A stretch of DNA of 63,553 nt, filler included, from Basidiobolus ranarum (GCA_040143965.1; 49 parts of 49 records of this genome joined end to end with filler, not necessarily neighbours in it), one strand, 5' to 3'. Shown: positions 1 to 13,044, counted from the whole stretch's first letter. Numbers and translations are program-made. Notes: generated by a model not told the origin, from the sequence alone.

Positions 1-467
1 GTCCCAACACAAAGTTTTGGAGTGTTGCAATGGCAGAGGAGTATCAGTCACTCATAGATAACCAAACGTGGACTTTGGTTACATTACCCAATAACCAAAA
101 ATCAATTGGATGCAAATGGGTGTTTAAAGCTAAACAGCAAGCTAATGGTTCTGTAGAGAGATATAAAGCCAGACTTGTGGCAAAAGGATACTCTCAAATG
201 GAAGGAGTGGACTACAATGAAACATTTGCTCCAATAGCAAAGTTTAATTCCATCAGATCCATACTAGCAGTAGCAGCAAAGAACAGCTTAAAAATCCATC
301 AAATGGATGTTACAACTGCTTTTTTGAATGGGGACTTGGAAGAGGATATATTCATGGATGAACCAGATGGTATTGTGGATCCTGAGCACTCTGAGTATGC
401 GTGTAAGCTTCAAAAATCACTTTATGGAATTAAACAATCACCCATGGCCTGGTACACTAAGATAGAC
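1..467 (+). mobile_element. Ty1/Copia reverse transcriptase fragment (family B), interrupted at about 467
   Basis: ORF 30..542 has Copia RT motifs [38 protein letters not shown]; similarity to other copies (34000-34800, 58484-59466) ends after YTKID. Confidence 0.93.
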
Positions 468-1205
468 GTTGTAGTGTTGGAAATATTCCAATTGTATCTT
501 GCACATAATAAGCAGGAAGAATATTATCTATGGCTATCTTAAAATATTTTACAGATCAAGAAAAAGAACAAGAATATTTGATTGCTCATAGTCACATCAA
601 TACTTAGCTGATTACAACAATTCAAGCTGCAATCAAAAAACTGCGAAATTAGAGCTTTGCAACCATGCAAGAATCATAAGATTTGATTCAATATTGGTGG
701 AGCTACAATTATTTGAAAATTGCCAACACAAAAATCAACACTACCATATATTCAGAACACAGGAATTAAAGATCTCAGGATGCTCACAAAATTAGTGCTA
801 ATTTTTGAACCAGCCAATGGATTCTCTTCAAATTTTGCACAGGGCTGCGACAGTATTTGATGCTGATGTGTGCTAGGTTTCAAAGCCACAGCTGCTTTTT
901 TAGTGATTGTATTAGCACTTTGATGATAAGCCACCCACTCATAGCACTTATTCTCAGCCACCAATTCATAGTATTTATTCTAAGCTGTTTCTTTATATAA
1001 GCAACTCTTCCCCCTATAGAAAAAGCTTCTAGCCTTAGCACCATCCAAAACTACACCATATTCTTTATCCCTTCCTTAACTAGATATTGTACCCAGTGTC
1101 ATAGTAAGATAATGAAGATTCCTATTGCAACTCAACTAGGCTTGACTATTGAAGATTGCAGTACAGATTCTTTCATAGTTATCTTCACTTTTACAGTCAT
1201 AGAAT

Positions 1206-1305
1206 NNNNNNNNNNNNNNNNNNNNNNNNNNNNNNNNNNNNNNNNNNNNTTAATTAATTAANNNNNNNNNNNNNNNNNNNNNNNNNNNNNNNNNNNNNNN
1301 NNNNN
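1206..1305. other. Artificial contig-joining spacer (first of 48 identical spacers)
   Basis: 44 N + TTAATTAATTAA (stop codons in all six frames) + 44 N, recurring about every 1.3 kb; contig lengths fall monotonically from 1205 to 1192 bp. Confidence 0.98.
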
Positions 1306-2510
1306 AAAAAAAATTGGATCTAATTCATTCAGATTTGTGTGGATCTATGCAAAATTTATCTTTAGGCGGAAAAAGATATTTAATCACATTTATTGATAAT
1401 TATACAAGATACACTTGGGTATACTTTATGGAAAGAAAAAAAGAAGATCTCTCTATCTTTAGAGATTTTGAAAACTTGTGTTGACTGAAACTGGAACTAA
1501 AATCAAGAAAATACGTACTGATAATGGTGGAGAATATACTTCAACACTATTTAAGCACTTTTGCAAAGTTTGTGGAATTAAGCAAGAAACTACTGCTCCC
1601 TATTCCAAAAGCTAACATAACTATAATAGAAATGGCAAGATCCATGATAAATGCACAAAATTTATCTCATAACTTTTGGGTGGAATCTGTTGCTACAGCT
1701 GTATATCTGAAGAATAGGAGTTTTACTAGTAGTCTGTCTAACTCTACACCATATCAAGCTTGGTTTGGAGTTAAACCTGATGTAAAACATTTGAGGATCT
1801 TTGGATGCATTGCTTATGTCAAAATTATGACCAAAAATCGGTCTAAATTTGATCCAAAAAGTAAGAAATGCATATTTCTGGGTTATTGTACTCAAACTAA
1901 GGCCTACAGACTCTATGATACCGAAATTTCCAAGTTAATCAAGTCCAGGGATGTTTTGTTTAATGAAAATGAAAAATTTTCACCCAAAATGACCTCAGAT
2001 GATGATGAAAATCAATTTTCTCCTGATCCAATCATTCAAATTGATTCAAACCAAAACAATGAAGAAAATAGCATTCCTGTGGACCCTTCAACTGAAATTT
2101 TGCCTACTGAAGTGCCCAATACAATGCCAGAAGTTGTAGTACCTTTATCCCAAACCAGGAGATCAAATCGGATCAGAAATAGCCCTGATTACTATATCAA
2201 TGAGTCCCAAAATTGGGCCTATGCCTGCACAGCTCAAATACATGAACCCCAGACTGTAAAAGAGGCCCTGAATGGCCCTCACACAAAATTTTGGAGATCT
2301 GCAATGGCTGATGAGTACCAGGCTTTGATTGATAATCAAACTTGGATTTTAACCAACTTACCTGATGATAGAAAATCAATTGGCTGCCAATGGGTGTTTA
2401 AAGTTAAATACAACTCTGATGGCAATATAGAAAGGTACAAGGCTAGACTAGTAGCCAAAGGCTATTCCCAAACACCAGGAATAGATTATACAGAAACTTT
2501 AGCTCCTGTA
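1306..2510 (+). mobile_element. Ty1/Copia pol fragment: integrase core, C-terminal SH3-like region, start of RT (frameshifted)
   Basis: [54 protein letters not shown]. Confidence 0.93.
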
Positions 2511-2742
2511 NNNNNNNNNNNNNNNNNNNNNNNNNNNNNNNNNNNNNNNNNNNNTTAATTAATTAANNNNNNNNNNNNNNNNNNNNNNNNNNNNNNNNNN
2601 NNNNNNNNNNTTTTCCCTTCATACTTTTGAAAATACTCCTCAAGCACTTTGACTATTTTTGTACATCCTTGTAGTGTGACACTACTCAGGGTGCTTTGCA
2701 GTGTTTGCGCAGCTTACAAATTGAGTTGAAGGCACTTTGTTC

Positions 2743-2952
2743 CTATTTAACCTGGAGTGAAACTTTGGTTTCCAATAGTTTTGTATTGTTTTCTTCTCCT
2801 ACAACAGTGTCCCAAAGTTCTTTTTCTTGCAGGAGCATTTTCATTTGAATTTTCCAAACTTGAAAATTGGTTCCATCCACTTTTTCAGAAAAAGGAAAAG
2901 TTCCATAGATTTGAGAAGTAGACATTACAGAGAGTGCAAGCTCAGGGCTCAT
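2743..2952 (-). mobile_element. Copia family A gag N-terminus, preceded by a degenerate PBS (2944-2956)
   Basis: EKVDGTNFQVWKIQMKMLLQEKELWDTV; matches gag at 14986 and 36463-37091. Confidence 0.85.
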
Positions 2953-2956
2953 ACCC

Positions 2957-3303
2957 TGTTAAAGTATTTGGGAGCCTGTTGGGAGTGGTTTGGAGAATTG
3001 GAGGAATTGGTGGTTTTCACTTATTGATTTATTGATTAGAAAGTTGACATTTATAGTTTTTCAAGATGTAAACAAACTAACATGTAGAATATGCTCAGGA
3101 TGGTCCCAGGAACATGGGTGGAAAGTCTGGGGCTTCTAGTACAAGTTTGAAAAATTTATATATCTGAGAACTTCTAAGTTGGTAAAAATACTCTAAGTAA
3201 AGTCCAATCAAGAATAATTGATAATATCATAGTGAGTTAAAAGATAACTAATTACTAAGTTATATATGACTATATAGGTGCTTAGGCAATGGCAATTTCT
3301 ACA
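2957..3303 (-). repeat. Copia family A 5' LTR (about 347 bp)
   Basis: TG...CA ends, directly abuts PBS, homologous to 14634-14981 and 37104-37451. Confidence 0.88.
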
Positions 3304-3815
3304 GGTTGTACATTCTTCCAAACTTAAGTGAGAATGGAGTGGATCCATGGAGTGCAGCAATCTTGGTGTTGATAGCATATTGAACCATTGGGATTGACTT
3401 GTACCAATTCTTCTTGACTCCTTTGATGGATTTTAGATTATGTTCACAGAGATTTGAACATGTCTTTCTGCAAGTCTATTAGCTTTAGGATGATAAGGAG
3501 TGATCAGTCTGTGATCAATGGCAGAGTTACAGCAGAGTTCTTTTATGATTTGATCAACAAACTCAGGTCCATTATCAGATTGAATGATTTTGGGCAATCC
3601 AAAGATGCAGAATAGCTCAAATAAGGCTTGGGCAATGGTAGTAGCAAATATGTCTGGTAAGGCATTGAGAAATACAAAATGTGTACAAACATCCACTATC
3701 ACAAAGAGGTAGTGATTTCCATCATCACTGGTTGTGAATGGTCCAGCTAGATGAATAGCAATATGATCCATAGGGAGTGCAGCATGTATCACAATCAAAG
3801 GGGGAAATCCATGAC
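3304..3815 (-). mobile_element. Ty3/Gypsy integrase core fragment
   Basis: FGLPKIIQSDNGPEF, ITPYHPKANRLAER. Confidence 0.88.
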
Positions 3816-3915
3816 NNNNNNNNNNNNNNNNNNNNNNNNNNNNNNNNNNNNNNNNNNNNTTAATTAATTAANNNNNNNNNNNNNNNNNNNNNNNNNNNNN
3901 NNNNNNNNNNNNNNN

Positions 3916-5120
3916 GGCATCTTTAAATGTTTGTGTTGCGGCATGCGACGGATATTGTAGAAAAAAGAACACCTCCCACGTAAGGATGGTATTTTAGGTA
4001 TAGCCCATCAATATCATCAGCTGATTCTGAGACAGAGTCACAGATGAGTCATCAGGGCACTTACAAGATATTTCTGGTAATGGATGGCAATTTTAGTTTA
4101 TTATAAGCTGTTTCTGAGCAATTTCATTACACAAGTTTACCATCGGAAAATTTCAATGCCATTCAAAAAGTGTTCAAAATCTAAGTCAAAATTGGATTCC
4201 AAGCCAAAGCCTGCTGGCATGAAAGGAAAAAAACCAGCAAGAACAGAAGACCTAATTGATGAGCAGTCTAGTGATCCACTATCCAATTTGCAAGGCATTA
4301 ACATGCTGGAAACTAACTCAAGTAATGATGGAGCTTTAATCAATTTACCAGATGTGTTCCTTTCCAGTGATAGTGCAAGTGAAGAGATTGTAATCCCCCA
4401 ATTACGTAGTAAATCATTATTTGGGCAAAGTTCAGCCAAAACACTGTCAAGACCGTGAACTTCCAAAATGGCTATTTTGCCCACTATTGAACAACCCTCC
4501 ATAGAAAATTTGGATAGAATTATTACAATAAAGAAGTTGCAGGCAGAACACATTAATGATTTGTATGTAATCATAAGTAAAAACTATGAAGTTGCTATAC
4601 AGGCCATGACAAGCAATAGTGCCACAATATTGCAATTAATGCAGTGTTTGGAAGCAACTAGTTAACAGTTAGAGAGTAACTCAACAATGATACAAGATCT
4701 TCAGAATGCTATACTTGAGCTACAGTAACATGCTGCTCCCTCTGTCCATTCTCATATAGGATTTCAATCAATCCCACACCATACATATGAACATCACCAT
4801 GACAATCTAGCAGAGCAGAATATGCATTGAGCCAGTAAGCCTACACAACAACTCAAAATTGCTAGGGCGCATGAAAGTAGAAATCTCATAGAAAAACCGG
4901 CAAACCAAATGACTCTGAATGTCAGAGCTGCCATCACTTGCTCTGATGATGAGTGGTTTAGAAGTTTGGAAACTGTGCAGAATATTGCCCAAAATCACCT
5001 TGATTTGAGTCAATTGTGGAAAAACCAAAAACCAGGTGTTACTCTGAAGGTTCTTGACTTATTTCATGTGGCTTATCCTGGATTTTTGCAAGCAAATGGC
5101 AATTGGGCTAGTATAGGCCT
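3916..5120 (+). mobile_element. CMC/CACTA-type element: intergenic region and decayed ORF2 (ATG 4156)
   Basis: MPFKKCSKSKSK... repeated in many contigs; physically linked to the transposase 5' end in contigs 32562-33760 and 46836-48031. Confidence 0.75.
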
Positions 5121-5220
5121 NNNNNNNNNNNNNNNNNNNNNNNNNNNNNNNNNNNNNNNNNNNNTTAATTAATTAANNNNNNNNNNNNNNNNNNNNNNNN
5201 NNNNNNNNNNNNNNNNNNNN

Positions 5221-6420
5221 ATTGCTTTAAGAGAATTGCAAAAGAAGAAAAACATACTGAATCTGGAAATGTGGTTACAACTGAAGATCACTTGTTCATA
5301 TCTGCTCTATCTATTACTACCAAAAAGGATTCTCAGATCTGGTATATTGATTCTGGAACTTCCCAACATTTAACAAATGAAAAACATTGGTTTGTGGAAT
5401 ATGAAGAAATCCCAATTAGAAAGTTTTTCATGAGAGATGACTGCACATTGGATGCTATTGGAATGGGAACAGTTCAAGTCAATTTAACTGGAGCTTCTGA
5501 AGGGAAAGTATATACTTTTAAGGATGTACTACATGTTCCAGATGTTGCTAAGAATTTAATACCTGTATGCAAGGCCACCTCAGAAGGGCTAAAATTCAAT
5601 TTTGATAAGTCAGGATGCACCATCACTGATCAAAATGGGAATTATTTAGCTTGGGGAGAAAAGAATCAAAACTTATACAAACTCACATATAATCCAAGAG
5701 ATTTATGTGTAGATATAAGTTATTCCAATCAAGCAACTATTCAATGATAGCATAAGAGATTTGGCCATATCGGATTTAATTATTTGAGCAAAATAATCAA
5801 AAATTGCCTAATTTCTGGAATTCAAATTAGCTCCCCAACCAAAATGGAAATTTGTGAGGGTTGTATATATGGAAAACAAGCCAGGCAACCATTCAAGAGC
5901 TCTGGTTTAATCAAATCTGTCAAAAAATTGGATCTAATTCATTCAGATTTGTGTGGACCTATGCAAAATTTATCTTTGGGCAGAAAAAGATATTTAATCA
6001 CATTTATTGATGATTCTACAAGATACACTTGGGTCTACTTTATGGAAGGAAAAGAAGAAGCTCTCTCTATCTTCAGAGATTTTAAAACACTTGTGGAGAC
6101 TGAAACTGGAACTAAAATCAAGAAAATATGTACTGATAATGGTGGAGAATATACTTCAACACTGTTTAAGCACTTTTGCAAAGTTCATGGAATTAAGCAA
6201 GAAACTACTGCCCCCTATTCATCTCAACAAATTGGAGTTGTTGAAAGAGCTAACAGCACTATAATAGAAATGGCAAAATCTATGATAAATGCACAAAATT
6301 TATCTCATAACTTTTGGGCGGAATCTGTGCCTACAGCTGTATATCTGAAGAATAGGAGTTTTACTAATAGTCTGTCTAACTCTACACCATATCAAGCTTG
6401 GTTTGGAGTTACCGCTGTTG
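5221..6420 (+). mobile_element. Ty1/Copia pol fragment: protease, GAG-pre-integrase, integrase
   Basis: WYIDSGTSQH, DVLHVPDVAKNLI, CEGCIYGKQ, TFIDDSTRYTW, TDNGGEY, GVVERAN. Confidence 0.95.
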
Positions 6421-6525
6421 TAAAANNNNNNNNNNNNNNNNNNNNNNNNNNNNNNNNNNNNNNNNNNNNTTAATTAATTAANNNNNNNNNNNNNNNNNNN
6501 NNNNNNNNNNNNNNNNNNNNNNNNN

Positions 6526-6930
6526 ATAACTCCTCCTAATTTATCTGGGATTGATCTTAAAATGGGGAAGAACTTAATACAGAGTGGCACAATATTGCAG
6601 GGTATCTGCCAGATAGCTGGAAGAATGTTGATTCCACAACAATAATATAATGGTGGGCTTTGATGGAGATATTGGTACAAACTTGTGCTGGGCATGAGCT
6701 AAACCTTGGGTATGAAGAACTCTATAAACATATTCAGGAGAATATATCAAAGAGATTAGGGATTTCAATGGTGACAAAATTAGCATTCAAGTGAAATTTC
6801 ACTCCTGAAACTCAAAAAATTTATTAAAATTAACTCTAACTTGACAATTTTATGATGGCAAGTAATTAGTCAAGCCCTAATGGATTAAAATTGCGATAGT
6901 TTTCCTATGATATTGATCCTCAAGTTTATG
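6526..6930 (-). repeat. Diverged LTR-like repeat related to LTR E
   Basis: Shares TGATATATTCTCCTGA...TCTTCATACCCA...TCAAAGCCCACCATT with 30717-30817; boundaries approximate. Confidence 0.55.
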
Positions 6931-7078
6931 TTAGGGACACAAATTATCAAACAAAATTCTTGCCAAAGTATCTTTCCTGTCCAGTCTTGTCTAGCCTTGT
7001 GGTCTACACCCAAGTTTTCTGCTGCCTTCTAGCCTCTTGTTGTTATATCCACTCCTTGTCCAGCTCCTTATTATGTCA

Positions 7079-7540
7079 GGAATAGCACCATTATAATAAA
7101 GAATAAGTATCCTGTTGGACATCTTCTGCCTTCAATATCTCTTCCCCAATTTATATCTGAATAGCACATTAGGTCAAAGTTTGAACCAGAATATGTGTAT
7201 TTTTGGCAACAATCCACAGTATCTATCAAATATCTGCAAATCCACCTAACTGATATGATTTGATTAGGTCTATAATTTTGAAGATATTGGCAAATGACTC
7301 CCACAGAGTATGCAACATCTTGCCATATTCAAACCATGATATTCATTAAACTAACAAACATAGGTTGATAAGGAAGTTTCTGGCTGTCATTTGAATCCAA
7401 AAATGTCTGATTTGATCCATGTTTGGTCAAGTTGAGATTTATCTTCATTAGAGTAAATACTGGATTACATTCTTCTATTTCAAACTTCTTTGGTATAGCT
7501 AGGATATACTTAGCCTAGTAAAAAGTTATTGTTTTGGCAG
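7079..7540 (-). mobile_element. Degenerate Copia RT/RNase H junction
   Basis: YSDINWGRDIEGRRCPTGYLF resembles the Copia YSDADW...RRSTTGY motif. Confidence 0.8.
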
Positions 7541-9927
7541 TTCTTGTTGAAAGTCTGGTGACTTGTGATACAAGCAGTAATTCCCAAAGAGGAAAATATG
7601 GAGTATGGTGACTGCATATGAACACAAAGTCTAAGGCCAATCAGTTGCTTGTATAGCTGAAATGCCAAAGTACCATACATTGACAGACTAGGTTAAGGTT
7701 CCCTAGCAATATAGGCATAGCATACAAGGNNNNNNNNNNNNNNNNNNNNNNNNNNNNNNNNNNNNNNNNNNNNTTAATTAATTAANNNNNNNNNNNNNNN
7801 NNNNNNNNNNNNNNNNNNNNNNNNNNNNNCATGGCTATTAGAAGTGTTTAACTTCTCATCTTGGTGCTTTCTATATCAGTTGTTGCTGTTGACCTACGCC
7901 TTCTGTTATTAGTCAACTGTCTTGATCACTGCTTAGACAATGCTTCAAGTGGATCTGTATTAATTTTCCTATGTCACCATGCCATTTGTCATTGGATAGC
8001 AGTCTTTAGCACTTCAAGGATTCTTGTTTGAGTCTTTTGCCCACCTGATCTCTGTTTTTGCCAAACCCTTCATTATTTCCCAGTAGATGCCAGAACAGCA
8101 TGGACTATATTTAAATTTTCACGTACTGCCAATTTCCTAGCACTATACTATTCAAGGCTGGTCACTCATCTTTTGCACTGCAGTGACTTTGCTTCAGGAT
8201 CTTCCCATACTCATTATTACTTGGCACCATATGTATTCTCACTGCTTGGTAACCTTTTACACTACTTGAACTCTCCATTTAGTATTTGCAATATCTATTA
8301 TTATCTAGCAACATAATTTTCATCATTTGTCAGCAATCTATACTGCTTTATAGACTCTGCTTCAAGTGATTCCATCCACATTTTACCCTCACACAATAGA
8401 ATTGGTCTTTTGCCAGCAGTTGTTAGAACTTTGTATCCTCTCCGTTTAGTGTTTGCCATACAGCTGGTTTCATGGAGCCATACCTTTTGTCATTTGTTGG
8501 TAGACATTTGGGCTGTGTGGACTCTACTCAAGTTCTTCTCATTGTACTTGTTTCTTAACTCCATACCAATTGTTTTTATCTTTGGCAGTGCTTAATGCAT
8601 AGACTCTATTTCAAGTGTTTAGGTAACTATACAATTGTGAGTTACCGGTAGCTTATTGGATGGCATGGACACTGCTCTAAACACTTCCCACACCCATTGT
8701 TTTTTGGCACCATAACATGTATACCTGTTGTTTATTGTCAGTAGTCTTGAGCATAGCATGAACTCTACTTTAAGTGTAACCATATGCAAAGTTTCTTGGC
8801 ACTATATTGTTTCTCATTTGTCAGCTCTCCTTAGCATTTTGCACACTTTAGAACAAGTGTTTCCCATACAATCATTTTTTGGAACCTGCTCGTTTTTCAG
8901 TTGTCAGCAGTCTTTAGAATTCAGCAAGGTCTCTGTTTAGTATGTCTTATTCTACTCCTTTCTTGGTACTTAATCTTTTGTGATCAGTCTTTAGTGCATC
9001 TTAAGCTCTACTTTAAGTGTAGAGCATACCAGANNNNNNNNNNNNNNNNNNNNNNNNNNNNNNNNNNNNNNNNNNNNTTAATTAATTAANNNNNNNNNNN
9101 NNNNNNNNNNNNNNNNNNNNNNNNNNNNNNNNNCATTCTTTTGATCATACTTTCTAGTTGAATATGTTTGTTTGTGAGTGTCCATACGTTAACAATACGA
9201 AATGTATTTAGTAATAAACCTTTATTTATAAACATTTATCTCTCATCAGCCACTATACACAGCACCGTTTAAAGTCAACTATTATTTAGGCTTTGTAGGG
9301 TGAGAATCAGTTAGATCTTCACAATCCAGAATGTACTTCGCAACTGGATCACTAAAGCTGCTATCCGTGGATAACTGAGCTACAGCATCAAGAAAGTAAT
9401 ATATTTACTGAACGTCAGGTTGAATCATTTGATCCAAAGTAAAAATATGCAATGCTTGGTTGAACTCTTCGTAACCTGCGAATAGCCGACAGTGCGAGAA
9501 ACGCAACACAAACATCTATTACGATGTCAATCACGAATACATAGCTAATCCATTGAGTTCAATGAAATATCAGGTATCAATTAATGGAAGTAAAAAGTCA
9601 AGGATCTAGAACACTATATTATTAACATTGGGACCAATCTGGGGAGTTTTTTCTTCTAAATCAGCGAAGGAAATTACAATATATAAAGTTCAAGTATCAC
9701 TGAAATAAAAAAGGAAACCTTTGACTACTATGGCAATACTACAATAATATGACTGAGTACTAGGCTTAAAAATTGGTATAAGCTCTAACATAGAAACAAT
9801 TTCCTGCTTGGTAAGTTGAAATATGTAGTGCTTTCATCACAAATTGTTATTTTTGAAGCTCCAACAGATGACTTCCTACTAAGTTCGTTTAACCGAACAA
9901 AAAGCCCTAACTACTCAAATAAAAAGA

Positions 9928-10009
9928 TGATGAGAGTGGGGTTCGAACCCACGCCTCCGAAGAGACTGCGACCTGAACGCAGCGCCTTAGACCACTCGGC
10001 CATCTCACC
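9928..10009 (-). tRNA. tRNA-Leu, anticodon CAG, intronless
   Basis: GGTGAGA/TCTCATC acceptor stem, D-loop GAGTGGTCTAAGGC, anticodon arm CTGCG-TTCAGGT-CGCAG, long variable arm, GTGGG-TTCGAAC-CCCAC T-arm, discriminator A, T-run terminator at 9921-9925. Confidence 0.97.
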
Positions 10010-10255
10010 CTTCCTGATTGGTCGAATCGTAGAGGAACTATACTGTTAATTATTTCGATTTATTAAATTTTTTGGATGCATGTATAGTGATATTCTTCTA
10101 AGAAGTCACATTCTTAGATTGTTTCTTTGTTGGCGAGTGATTCTACATTTTTTTGGTTATTTATTTCATAATAACAGTTGGCAGGCCTCAAGCTTGTTGT
10201 TATTTTTTGGTTTAATGTATATACGAATTTACTTTCCTAATGCTGGTGTCATAAT

Positions 10256-10337
10256 TGTTGAAATTAGCATTGCCTAAACATCTATATAGTCATATATAGC
10301 TTAGTATTTAGTTATCCTATATTGAACCAAGATATCG
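10256..10337 (+). repeat. 5' part of Copia LTR A (cut by contig end)
   Basis: TGTTGAAATTAGCATTGCCTAAACATCTATATAG. Confidence 0.85.
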
Positions 10338-10437
10338 NNNNNNNNNNNNNNNNNNNNNNNNNNNNNNNNNNNNNNNNNNNNTTAATTAATTAANNNNNNN
10401 NNNNNNNNNNNNNNNNNNNNNNNNNNNNNNNNNNNNN

Positions 10438-11641
10438 TGTGTGAAAATCTACTTTACTGATGCATAATGCTCAGATCCTGGGTTTTGCACATGTTGGCTG
10501 ACTACTCCCACTGCAAAGTTCCAGTCATAGCATACATCACACTACCTACCTTAGATTGATAAGGGAACTCAGGGCTTTCAAATGACATATTTTGAGCTAT
10601 ATTTGACCAATCTTGATCATTTTTGATGGGGTTTTTGACTAGTTTTGCACCTGGATCCTTGGGAGTTGCTACTGGCTTAAAATTCATCATCCTGTAACAT
10701 CTGAGAATGTCTGAGATGTGTTTAGATTGATTCAGAGTAATAGATTTGTGCAATATATCTGTATGGATCTGCAGATCTAAAAAATATATATGTTCACCTA
10801 AATTGGTCATCTTGAATCGGACTGATAGATCTCTTTTGATGTTCCTGAGAGCTTCATCATTATTGATAGCAATAATCTCATTATCTATATATAAGGCAAG
10901 TATCACCTTACTGTCCTTATCTGTCTTAAAGTAGATTGCAAAATCCACCATACGCTCTTGGAAATCAAGTGATTCCTAGTATGTGTCTATCTTAGTGTAG
11001 CAGGCCCTGGGTAATTGTTTAAGTCCATAAAGTAATTTTTGAAGCTTACACACATCCTCAGGGTTCTCAGGATCCACAATTTCATCTGGTTGATCCATGA
11101 ATATATCCTCTTACAAGTCCCCTTTCAAAAAGCAGTTTTAACAATCATTTGATAGATTTTTAGGCTGTGTTTTGTTGCCACTGATAGTACAGTTCTGATG
11201 GAATTAAACTTTGCTACAGGAGCAAAAGTTTCATTGTAGTACTCCCCTTCCATTTGACAGAATCCTTTAGCCGCAAGTCTGGCTTTATATCTTTCTACAG
11301 ATCCTTCACCTTGCTGTTTAATTATAAACACCCATTTGCATTCAAATGGTTTTTGGTTGTCAGGTAACTTAACCAAAGTCCAAGTTTGGTTATCTATGAG
11401 TGACTGATACTCCTCTGCCATTGCAGCACTCCAAAACTTCGTGTTGGGACTCTCCATAGCCTCCTGTACTGATTTGGGTTCATCAGAAAAGGCTAAATTA
11501 GCACTAGGCTCCTTTTGGCTAGTGTGAGAATAGTAATCAGGTGGAGATCTCATCCGATTGGATCTCCTAAGATGGGAAATTGGCACTACAACTTCTGGTA
11601 CCAATTTAGGCAATGAAACCACCTCAGGCTTGGTTGAGGAC
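10438..11641 (-). mobile_element. Copia family B RT pseudogene
   Basis: EPKSVQEAM, RYKARLAAKG, LYIDNEII (YVDD-like), PYQSKVGSVMYAM. Confidence 0.92.
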
Positions 11642-12333
11642 NNNNNNNNNNNNNNNNNNNNNNNNNNNNNNNNNNNNNNNNNNNNTTAATTAATTAANNN
11701 NNNNNNNNNNNNNNNNNNNNNNNNNNNNNNNNNNNNNNNNNTCTGGGACGTCACACAGCAGGATTCCATTTTAAGTTAATAACATGTTTGAAACGTGGCA
11801 ATCTCCTTTAGCCGTGATATCTTGATCCTAGCAATGGTTGGCATCTATACATCAATAGGATAAAATAAATCACTGTATTTTGATAGCAATCGATAATTAG
11901 AGACCTAAGCAAGATTCAATATCCTCATCAGCTTCAATTATTTGGTATGCATTATTTGGTATGCATATTCATAGTTAGCTGTATTGCGTTCATTTAACTA
12001 AGGTCACGAAATCCCATTAAACCTCAGTAATATAATTGGACAGTTGAATGCTTTATTCAAGAAAATAAGAGACATAACACTTCATCAAAAAATGAGAAAG
12101 TGGTTTTACCAACAGTACATGAATATTGAAAAATAAAAAAATGTTGGAAGAGTAAAATAACTATTTTTGAAAAATATGCATATCTTGGATTATCATGAAA
12201 CAACAACAGAGTCCATTACCTAGTATAAGTACATGTCTAAAGTTTTGGAAACGTTGATCAATAGTGGCAAACACAATTATACATGTACCCTACAGCAAGT
12301 ATCCTAAACAAATTTCACAGTATTCTACAATTG

Positions 12334-12944
12334 TCAAATCGATTCATGATCCGAAGGACATCGAGTCACTGTCACCAGGTTACATTTGGTACCAACAGAA
12401 TGCCTACAAATAGGCGTTATAACCCCCGCTGAAGTAGGTGAAATATTTGGCGTTTCAGAAGGTTTGCCGGTACTTTCTGGAACCGATGATATAGACATTC
12501 CACTTGATTTTTGAGTGGTAGGGGCTAAGGCTCTGCTGGAACTAGAGTTTTCAGTTGAATTATCCGATGAAAAGAAAGAGGAAGCAATTATAGATGATTC
12601 ATTTGAGTTTTCTGTGGATAAAGAGGTGAAAGCAGAGCTAGTACTGTCGGTTGAAGAAGTGGAAGCAAATTTTGATGATTCACTTGAGTTTTCAGTAGAG
12701 CCACTGGATGAAGATTTGCTAGAGCTTGAAACAAATGAGGATGACGGGATAGAGTTTTTTGCTAGCGATGAAGTATTTATGGATGATTCGTTAGAACTTT
12801 CAATAGAGGTAGCTAATGTAGGTTCACTAGAGCTTTCAGCCGATGAATAGGTCGAAGAGAGGCTGATGCTTTTTGAAGATGAAGCAATTGATGTTGTTTC
12901 GCTGGAGCTTTCTACAGATGAAGATGTGGATGAGAGACTCGGGT
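12334..12944 (-). CDS. 3' part of a Ser/Thr-rich, mucin-like protein with a Cys-containing C-terminus (5' truncated)
   Basis: About 203 stop-free codons on the minus strand: PSLSSTSSSVESSSETTS...STENSSESS...STENSNESS...GVITPICRHSVGTKCNLVTVTRCPSDHESI*; CpG present; absent from the ORF track because the start is missing. Confidence 0.8.
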
Positions 12945-13044
12945 NNNNNNNNNNNNNNNNNNNNNNNNNNNNNNNNNNNNNNNNNNNNTTAATTAATTAA
13001 NNNNNNNNNNNNNNNNNNNNNNNNNNNNNNNNNNNNNNNNNNNN

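Noticed and set aside
4137..4574. Recurrent minus-strand ORF (also 59819..60079, 62641..63033) as a third transposon gene
   Set aside because: It is in register with ORF2 as its antisense; starts and stops differ between copies and no motif is recognisable.
9254..9720. Possible spliced minus-strand gene next to the tRNA
   Set aside because: GT...AG candidates exist but I could not build a stop-free joined frame.
9928..10009. tRNA(CAG) as a sign of CUG codon reassignment
   Set aside because: It has standard Leu features (U33, A73 discriminator); nothing indicates Ser or Ala identity.
9816..10049. 77-aa ORF containing RVGFEPTP
   Set aside because: Translation of the antisense of tRNA-Leu.
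12515..12850. Acidic Glu/Asp-rich ORF on the plus strand
   Set aside because: Antisense shadow of the Ser-rich minus-strand frame, which is longer and stop-free.
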